DNA from: Gemmata obscuriglobus
Lineage (GTDB): Bacteria; Planctomycetota; Planctomycetia; Gemmatales; Gemmataceae
Direction of reading: 5' to 3'
Length of the DNA stretch: 32,000 nt
NCBI RefSeq assembly: GCF_008065095.1
Contig: NZ_CP042911.1
Location: 7,290,001-7,322,000 of the forward strand
Position 1 is the stretch's first letter, and each line of letters begins with the position of its first letter. A model generated the notes under the pieces. The model did no database searches, was not told where the DNA came from, and saw only the letters and a program-made list of their open reading frames with translations. A program made the position numbers and the translations under genes. Positions 24,240 to 32,000 of this stretch are shown here, in pieces.

Positions 24240-27200
24240 GTGTCCGATGACCCGCGTGTCCAGAAGTTGCTCGAAGAGTTGCTCGCCACCGACTCCACGC
24301 CCGAAGCGGTCTGTAGCTCGTGCGCCGAACTGCTGCCCGTGGTCCGCGAGCGGTGGCAGCGGGTGGTCCGCACGCGGGCCGAACTCGACGCCATGTTCCC
24401 ACCCGAGGCCGATTCCGGCTCGGACCTTCGTTCCCCGCCCGTGGGAGACGTTCCGCTCCCCGATGTTCCGGGTTACGAGGTCGAAACCGTTCTCGGCGCG
24501 GGGGGCATGGGCGTCGTTTTCAAGGCCCGGCACATGCGCCTCAACCGCGTCGTCGCTTTGAAGATGGCCCTGGCCGGCGCTTACGCCGGGGCGCACGAGC
24601 GGGAGCGGTTCCAGCGGGAGGCGGAGTCGATCGCGGCCCTCCGGCACCCCAACGTCGTTCAGGTCCATGACGTCGGCGACTCGGCCGGCAAGCCGTACTT
24701 CACGATGGAGTACGTCGAGGGCGGCAGCCTCGCGGAGAAACTGGCCGGCACGCCGTTGCCGGCCGGCACCGCCGCGGCGCTGGTGGCGGACCTGGCGGCG
24801 GCCGTACACGCGGCCCACTCCGCCGGAATCATTCACCGGGATCTGAAGCCCGGGAACGTGCTGCTGACGGCCGACGGGACGCCCAAGATCAGCGACTTCG
24901 GTCTGGCCCGGCGGCTGGGCGGTCAGGCGGGGCTCACCCGCACCGGCGCCGGCCTCGGCACGCCGAGCTATATGGCGCCCGAACAGGCCCGGGGTACGGC
25001 CGCGGCGGTCGGCCCGCCTGCGGACATCTACGCGCTGGGGGCCATCCTCTACGAGACGCTCACGGGGCGCCCGCCGTTTCGCGCGGAGAGTTCGGCGGAA
25101 ACCGTCCACCAGCTCCTCAACCAGGACCCCGTGCCCCCGTCGCGGCTCAACGGCAAGGTGCCGCGTGACCTGGAAACGATCTGCCTGAAGTGCCTACGCA
25201 AAGAGCCGCGGTTGCGCTACGCCACCGCGGACGCCCTCAACGACGATCTCCGGCGCGTTCTCCGCGGCGATGCGATTGCGGCGCGGCCGGAAGGGCGAAC
25301 GCGCCGCGCGATGCGGGCCGTCCGCCGGCACCCTACGCTTGCTGTTGGCGTCACCGCGGGCGTGTTGCTCGCGGCTCTCGTCCTCGCGGGCGGGTTGTGG
25401 CTGCTCTTCGACCGCGCCGTCGTCGAACGGGCGGTGGCGGACGACCTGACTGAGATCGATGACCGGCTGCAAAAAAGGTCGTTCGGAGAAGCACGGGCGA
25501 CGATCGAGCGGGCGCAGGCCCGGCTCGGCAGCCGCGAATCGCCCGCGCTCCGCCGGCAACTCCATCTACGGTTACGCGATTGCGACCTGGCCGATCGGCT
25601 GGAGCGGATCAACCTCGACTCGGCAATCATCATCGACAGCTTGGCCGGATTCGAGCAGGCCGACAAGAACTACGACGAGGCACTTGGGGAACACGGAATC
25701 GGGCGGCACGGCGACGACCCCGAGGCGGTCGCGGCCCGGGTCCGCGAATCGAGACTTCACGCGACCTTGCTGGCGGCACTCGACCGCTGGTCCGTCGTGA
25801 TCCGGACGCCGGGGCGTGTGGAATGGGTTCTGAAGGTGGCGGATCTGGCGGAACCGGATCGCACCCCCTGGCGCAGGGACGCCCGCAACCCGGACCTGCG
25901 CCGGGACCGGAAGGTCCTTCTCGGCCTGATCGCGCGCGCCCGCGTCGAGGAGGAGTCGGCGGCCCTGCTCCTGGCGGTCAGTTCGGCGCTGCGGGACAAC
26001 AACAAGCTCCAGCCCGGCCGGGCGGGGCAACGGGAGTTCGACCGGGTCCGAATTCAGGACAGCGAGCACCAGATCCCGTTCCTCACGAAGGTTCAGCGGG
26101 GGCACCCCAACGACCTGTGGGCCAACATCTATCTGGGTTACGCCCTGGTGCTGGGCAACAAGCCGGACGAGGCGGTCCGGTACTTCCAGGCCGTCGTCGC
26201 CCTTCGCCCACGCTGGCAGGTCGGTCACCACTCCCTCGGCTTGGCCCTGGGCGCGCCGGCCTCGTCCCGCGGCCCGGAGCGCTTCGAGGAGGCCGTCGCG
26301 TACTTCCGAAAAGCTCTGGAACTCGAACCAAATTCGGCCAAGACCAACCACTCGCTCGCCAGCGCGCTCGGGTCCGCGGGGCGGCACGACGAGGCCATCG
26401 CGCAGGTCGAAGCCGCGTTGCGTTTCAACTACGATGTGGGCAAGCTCCGTTCGACTTTGGCGGCGAGCCTGAAAGCCAAGGGGCGGATCGAGGAGTGTCT
26501 GGTTCAGTACAAGCTTGCGCTCGCCCTGGAACCGGACAACCCGCTCGTCCTGAACGGCTACCGCGCGGCGCTGTTGCAGGCGGGCCGGTGCGCCGAACTG
26601 CGCCCCGTTTGGGGCAAATTGTTGGACGGGGAGCGGCCGGCTCACAGCGACTGGTACGGGTACGCCGAGTTGTGCCTCTTCCTGGGCGAGGAGGGGGAGT
26701 ACCGCCGTGCCCGGCGGGCGCTACTGGACCGGTTCGGAACGAACGATTTTCCGACGATCGCCGAACGCACCGCCCGCGCGTGCCTGCTTCGCCCCGCATC
26801 GGGCGAGGAGCTGAGCAAGGTCGTGGCGCTCGCCGACTTGGCCGCCCGAACCGACCCGAAGAAGGCCGGGGCGCTGCACCCGTACTACCAGTTCGTCAAG
26901 GGCCTCGCGGAGTACCGCCAGGGGCACTTCGAGCGGGCGATCGCCGTCATGCGCGGCGACGCGTCCAAAATGTCCGGCCCGTTGCCGCAACTCGTACTCA
27001 GCATGGCCCTGCACCAGACGCGTAAGGGGGCCGAGGCTCGAAAGGTGTTCGCCGCGGCGATGCTGGCGCACGAGTGGCGCGAGGGCAAAGGGGACATGCC
27101 CGACGGCTGGATCCGTCACGTGCTCCGGCGCGAAGCAGAGAGAATGATCGTCCCGAACCTGGCGGCGCTGGTTGACGGAAAGCAGCGGCCGCGGGACAAC

Positions 27201-27647
27201 GACGAGCGCCTGGCCATGATCGGTATTTGCCGGTTCGAGAACCGCTTCGCCGCCCTGGCTCGCATTTACACTGAGGCGTTCGCGGCCGATCCGAGATTGG
27301 CGGAGGCCCACCGCCTGGCGGCGGCCCGCGTCGCCGTTCAGGCCGGTTGCGGCCACGGAACCGATGCCGGTAGCCTTGGAGAGGCCGAGCGGAGGAACTG
27401 GCGGGCACAGGCGAGGAAGTGGCTGGGCGAAGACTATTCCGGAGGGGCCTGGGCTCTGGACCAGGATTTCAACAAGTTGCGGACCCTTGTGAACCAGGCG
27501 TTCGCGAGGTGGCTCAACGAGCCCGAACTGGCGGGCATCCGCGACCCGGCCGAGTTAGAGAAACTGCCTGCGTCTGAACGGTCGGAGTGTCAGGAGTTGT
27601 GGGCCAAAGTACACGCTTTACTCGAGTTGACCTCCAAGCCCAAGTAG
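24240..27647 (+). CDS. Ser/Thr protein kinase with one TM helix and a large C-terminal TPR domain
   Basis: The track ORF begins at TTG 24177 and overlaps the sigma stop. GTG at 24240, preceded by GGGAGA, is the likelier start. Hanks motifs are GAGGMGVVFKA, VALK, HRDLKPGNVLL, DFGLAR and SYMAPE. The TM segment is LAVGVTAGVLLAALVLAGGLWLLF (about 25332-25409). TPR-like repeats follow (e.g. AVAYFRKALELEPNSAKTNHSLASALGSAGRHDEAI). Confidence 0.95.
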   Translation: MSDDPRVQKLLEELLATDSTPEAVCSSCAELLPVVRERWQRVVRTRAELDAMFPPEADSGSDLRSPPVGDVPLPDVPGYEVETVLGAGGMGVVFKARHMRLNRVVALKMALAGAYAGAHERERFQREAESIAALRHPNVVQVHDVGDSAGKPYFTMEYVEGGSLAEKLAGTPLPAGTAAALVADLAAAVHAAHSAGIIHRDLKPGNVLLTADGTPKISDFGLARRLGGQAGLTRTGAGLGTPSYMAPEQARGTAAAVGPPADIYALGAILYETLTGRPPFRAESSAETVHQLLNQDPVPPSRLNGKVPRDLETICLKCLRKEPRLRYATADALNDDLRRVLRGDAIAARPEGRTRRAMRAVRRHPTLAVGVTAGVLLAALVLAGGLWLLFDRAVVERAVADDLTEIDDRLQKRSFGEARATIERAQARLGSRESPALRRQLHLRLRDCDLADRLERINLDSAIIIDSLAGFEQADKNYDEALGEHGIGRHGDDPEAVAARVRESRLHATLLAALDRWSVVIRTPGRVEWVLKVADLAEPDRTPWRRDARNPDLRRDRKVLLGLIARARVEEESAALLLAVSSALRDNNKLQPGRAGQREFDRVRIQDSEHQIPFLTKVQRGHPNDLWANIYLGYALVLGNKPDEAVRYFQAVVALRPRWQVGHHSLGLALGAPASSRGPERFEEAVAYFRKALELEPNSAKTNHSLASALGSAGRHDEAIAQVEAALRFNYDVGKLRSTLAASLKAKGRIEECLVQYKLALALEPDNPLVLNGYRAALLQAGRCAELRPVWGKLLDGERPAHSDWYGYAELCLFLGEEGEYRRARRALLDRFGTNDFPTIAERTARACLLRPASGEELSKVVALADLAARTDPKKAGALHPYYQFVKGLAEYRQGHFERAIAVMRGDASKMSGPLPQLVLSMALHQTRKGAEARKVFAAAMLAHEWREGKGDMPDGWIRHVLRREAERMIVPNLAALVDGKQRPRDNDERLAMIGICRFENRFAALARIYTEAFAADPRLAEAHRLAAARVAVQAGCGHGTDAGSLGEAERRNWRAQARKWLGEDYSGGAWALDQDFNKLRTLVNQAFARWLNEPELAGIRDPAELEKLPASERSECQELWAKVHALLELTSKPK

Positions 27648-27972
27648 AGCCGCCCATCCCGGACACGAACCCGCTTCTCCCACTCGCCAAGCCCACCGGC
27701 GCACCACGAAACCGGGCCAAATCACGTGGCGCAACTGTAAGCTTACTATGCCGTTGCGATCAGATCACCCAGGCTGTCACCGCACCCTATACGTAATAAT
27801 ACCTCTGCGCGGCGTGAGCGGGCCGCACTCAAAAAAACGAGCCGCCATACCGACTCGAAACGACTGGGTTTCGTCTTCACCTGGGAAATCCTGTCAAACT
27901 CTGCGCTCGTGAATGTGAAGTTCGCACGGGCCGAAGAGAAGCAGCGACCATCCGCCCGTTCCGCCCCCGTCT

Positions 27973-28524
27973 CTAAACCGCGGGTGCGGCGCGCTGCTGC
28001 TCCCAGACGGCGATCGCGGCTGCAAGATCGGGCACGGCGTCCGGGAGGTCGGCCCCGTGTCCGGTGCGCACGAGGAGCGAACGGCACCCGGCGGCGCGTC
28101 CGGCTCCGGCGTCGCACGGCTTGTCGCCGATCATCCACGACCGCGACAACTCGATGTCGAGGTCCCGCGCGGCGGTCAGCAGCATACCGGGCCGGGGCTT
28201 ACGGCAGTCGCACGCCACGCGGTACGCCTCACTGCCTTCAGTCGGGTGGTGCGGGCAGTAGTAGAACGCGTCGACCCGCGCACCTTGCTGAGCGAGGAGC
28301 GCGGCGAGGTGCTCGTGGACTTCGGTCACCCGGCTTTCGGGGAAATACCCGCGGGCCACACCGCCCTGGTTCGTGACCACCACCACGAGCACGCCCGCGG
28401 CGTTGAGCCGGCGCACGGCGTCGGCCGCCCCGGGGATGAGCTTCACCTGCTCCGGGCGTGCGAGGTAGTGAACCTCTTCGATGAGGGTGCCGTCGCGGTC
28501 GAGGAACACGGCGTCACGCGACAT
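27973..28524 (-). CDS. gmhB: D-glycero-D-manno-heptose 1,7-bisphosphate phosphatase (HAD-IIIA, GmhB-like)
   Basis: ATG at 28522-28524, internal to track ORF 27973..28671. HAD motifs are FLDRDGTL, VVVTNQ and IGDKPCD. The GmhB-type zinc motif CPHH...CDCRKP is present. The start overlaps the upstream gene stop by 11 nt. Confidence 0.85.
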   Translation of the reverse strand: MSRDAVFLDRDGTLIEEVHYLARPEQVKLIPGAADAVRRLNAAGVLVVVVTNQGGVARGYFPESRVTEVHEHLAALLAQQGARVDAFYYCPHHPTEGSEAYRVACDCRKPRPGMLLTAARDLDIELSRSWMIGDKPCDAGAGRAAGCRSLLVRTGHGADLPDAVPDLAAAIAVWEQQRAAPAV

Positions 28525-29248
28525 GGGTCGGCTCCCGGCGCGCCACGAACTCCCGGAGCGCGTCCGGCGTGCCGATGTCGTGGAACGCGGCCCCCTGCGG
28601 GAACGCCGCGAGCGTGAGCCCGTCGCGCAAGGCGGCCGGAAACACGTCCCGTTCGAGCGACACCACTTCACCCGCGGGGACGCGGGCGAGCAGTTCGCGC
28701 CCGATCACGTACACGCCCGAATTGACCCACCCGCCGCCGACCGCCCCTAGCTCCTTCTCGCGAAACTGCGTGACGCGCCCGCCGGCGAATTCGATCGAAC
28801 CGAACCGCCCCGCGTCCGCCACCCGGGCGAGCGTGAGGGTCGCGACCGCCCCGGCCGCACGTGCCGCGCGGTGCGCCTGAAGCAACTGGCCGAGGTCCAC
28901 GTCGGTGTACGTGTCCCCGTTGGTGACGAACGCGGCCGGGGCGAAGTGGCGCTCGGCCCGCTTCAGCGCCCCCGCGGTGCCGAGCAACTGTTCGCCGTCC
29001 CGAACGTAGTCGATGTGGACGCCGAGGCCGCGCCCGTCGCCCAGCGCGGCCTCGATCTGATCGGCCATGTGCCCGACGCACAGCACGAACCGCCGCGCGC
29101 CGCGGTCGCGCAGGAGTTCCAACTGCACTTCGAGGAACGGCTGCCCGCCCCCCACCGGGGCCAGCGCCTTCGGGCGGTCGGGCACCGCGGAACGCAGCCG
29201 CGTGCCGAGCCCGCCGCACAGCACGATCACCGGAAGGTCGAGTGTCAC
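28514..29248 (-). CDS. Sugar-1-phosphate nucleotidyltransferase (HddC/ManC-like guanylyltransferase candidate)
   Basis: GTG at 29246-29248 with AGGAG 6 nt upstream; the track start at GTG 29272 is also possible. The N-terminal signature VIVLCGGLGTRLRSAVPDRPKALAPV and the motifs GTAGAL and FVTNGDTY fit the NTP_transferase fold. Confidence 0.85.
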   Translation of the reverse strand: MTLDLPVIVLCGGLGTRLRSAVPDRPKALAPVGGGQPFLEVQLELLRDRGARRFVLCVGHMADQIEAALGDGRGLGVHIDYVRDGEQLLGTAGALKRAERHFAPAAFVTNGDTYTDVDLGQLLQAHRAARAAGAVATLTLARVADAGRFGSIEFAGGRVTQFREKELGAVGGGWVNSGVYVIGRELLARVPAGEVVSLERDVFPAALRDGLTLAAFPQGAAFHDIGTPDALREFVARREPTHVA

Positions 29249-29381
29249 CGGAAGGCTCCTGCGGGGTCGCACGAGCGGTCAGTGTTACCGCGCCGCGTCC
29301 GCAGGCGTCAACGCGAGGTGCGCGTACAAGACCTGCCACACAGGGCGGCGCCCCGTGCGGTCGGCGGACCGATCCGGCTCG

Positions 29382-30824
<1,443 letters not shown>

Positions 30825-30986
30825 TGAAGGTGCCCGTGCGTGAGGGTGCGAGCGGGCGCCCGCACGCCGGGCGCGCCGGGGATATGCTACACGCCCGGCG
30901 GCGTTTTGCGTTTGGTGTTCCGGGTTTTGTACCGGCCGCGGCCCCGGAGCACCGGACCCGCTCCGGAATTTCGAGCCCCGCGCCCG

Positions 30987-31295
30987 TCAGTTGGGGCTGA
31001 AGTCGAACTTGGCGGCACTCTCTCGGCCGAGGGGGTCGTTGACGAACTTGCGGAAGCAGGCGGGGCACAGGTCGAACCGCATTTTCTTGCACGCCGGCAG
31101 CGGCGCCGGCGCGTCCCCGCCCTCTTCCAGGTCGCTCAGCAGTTGGGCCATCTCCTCGATGTGATCGGTTTCCAGGTCGCCGTCGGTCAGCACGCCGGGG
31201 TCGCAGCTCGCGAACGCCTCCATCTTCACCACGTACCGCTCGGCTCCGTCCCGGGTCATGTCCTTGCCGCACACGTCACAGGAGAAGTGCATCAT
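30987..31295 (-). CDS. Small zinc-ribbon-like protein (102 aa; CxxC...CxxC)
   Basis: ATG at 31293-31295 (MMHFSCDVCGKDM...), internal to track ORF 30987..31475. Two CxxC pairs (CDVCGK and CPACFRK) flank an acidic middle segment. The upstream 60-aa extension is Arg/Pro-rich. Confidence 0.65.
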   Translation of the reverse strand: MMHFSCDVCGKDMTRDGAERYVVKMEAFASCDPGVLTDGDLETDHIEEMAQLLSDLEEGGDAPAPLPACKKMRFDLCPACFRKFVNDPLGRESAAKFDFSPN

Positions 31296-32000
31296 GGCCG
31301 TCGGAGCCTCTGGACCTGGAACCGCCCGCGCGGGCCGTGGAGACGTGCGGCGCGCGGGTCGCAGCGGCGGGGGCTCGAACGACCCGCGCACCGCCGCATC
31401 AGTTCGTATACTCCACAACTCGCAAGTTCCTGCCCCCCTGTCAACCGTAATCGCCCGCACAAACCGCACAATCACGCGACTTCGGGCGGCCCGCCAGAGT
31501 TGTTACCGATTTCGTGTCAGGTTTTGCGACGGTGCGCTCCGCCCTTCTCGCGCAAGTGCAATTCGGTGCGCGGGGCGAGCGAGCCCCGATCCGAACGTCC
31601 CGACAAGGCACCCGCTTTTCGCGCCCCCGCGCCCGAACGCGGCCACGCCCGGTCTTCGTACCGCGCTTGGCACGCAGGGTGCTTCGTGTTCCGTCGCCTC
31701 CGAGTGCTGGCTGGTGGCGCACCGAACGACCGGCCCCCGCAAAGTGGCTTCGCATCCCTGATGAATTCCCCCCGGCGGTTCGGGAGCGCCCCCGAACCGG
31801 ACCCGCCCCCGCTCTCTTCAAAACCGACACGTTCCCACGGCCGGCGGCTCACGGAGCCCGCCGGCTCGTATCGTTTGTGCTCGCGCGCATCACACCGCGG
31901 CTCACTTGCGCGGTTCAACTCGTTACCGTGGCGCGAAATGGCGGCCGGGCAAGCGCCAGGCACCAAAGGCCGGACGCGCGCAACTGTCGGAACAACCCGC

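Noticed and set aside
23712-27025. Long ORFs antisense or off-frame to the sigma and kinase genes (23712..25109 -, 25572..26645 -, 25580..27025 +, 23605..24402 -)
   Set aside because: They have shadow-ORF composition. The Hanks kinase motifs and TPRs lie only in the 24177/24240..27647 frame.
31517-31966. - strand frame open from the right window edge down to 31517
   Set aside because: The translation is Arg/Gly/Ser-rich with no motif, and the frame is likely open by chance in GC-rich DNA.

Overview
This is a high-GC bacterial chromosomal segment. Sampled 60-nt windows inside typical genes are about 70% GC. The gene content and repeat vocabulary look planctomycete, Gemmata-like; that placement is inference only, since no searches were possible. 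I support about 24 protein genes. They are a soluble PAS-type methyl-accepting chemotaxis protein, a DUF4240 protein, a TatD-family hydrolase, an internally deleted sulfatase, and a 1615-aa hybrid sensor kinase (degenerate N-terminal receiver, 7 PAS, GAF, HisKA/HATPase, canonical C-terminal receiver). They also include an ATP-grasp enzyme, an LLM-class flavin monooxygenase, two tandem paralogs of unknown function, a secreted TPR protein, an esterase-fold protein that appears to lack its nucleophile, a membrane HEAT-repeat protein, an ECF sigma factor followed by a TPR Ser/Thr kinase, gmhB plus a sugar-phosphate nucleotidyltransferase, zwf, and several small orphan genes. I saw no rRNA, tRNA or CRISPR array by eye. 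The window also holds a degraded IS5-family transposase relic and four large perfect palindromic elements. Two of these are inverted copies of one 113-bp nested-hairpin repeat. Most very long ORFs in the track (1524 aa, 918 aa, 676 aa and others) are antisense or off-frame shadows of real genes, as expected at this GC content. The best candidate for an undescribed system is the co-directional six-gene block at 15329-20360, which is bracketed by large palindromes. All domain calls rest on motifs read from the translations and recalled family consensus, not on database hits.
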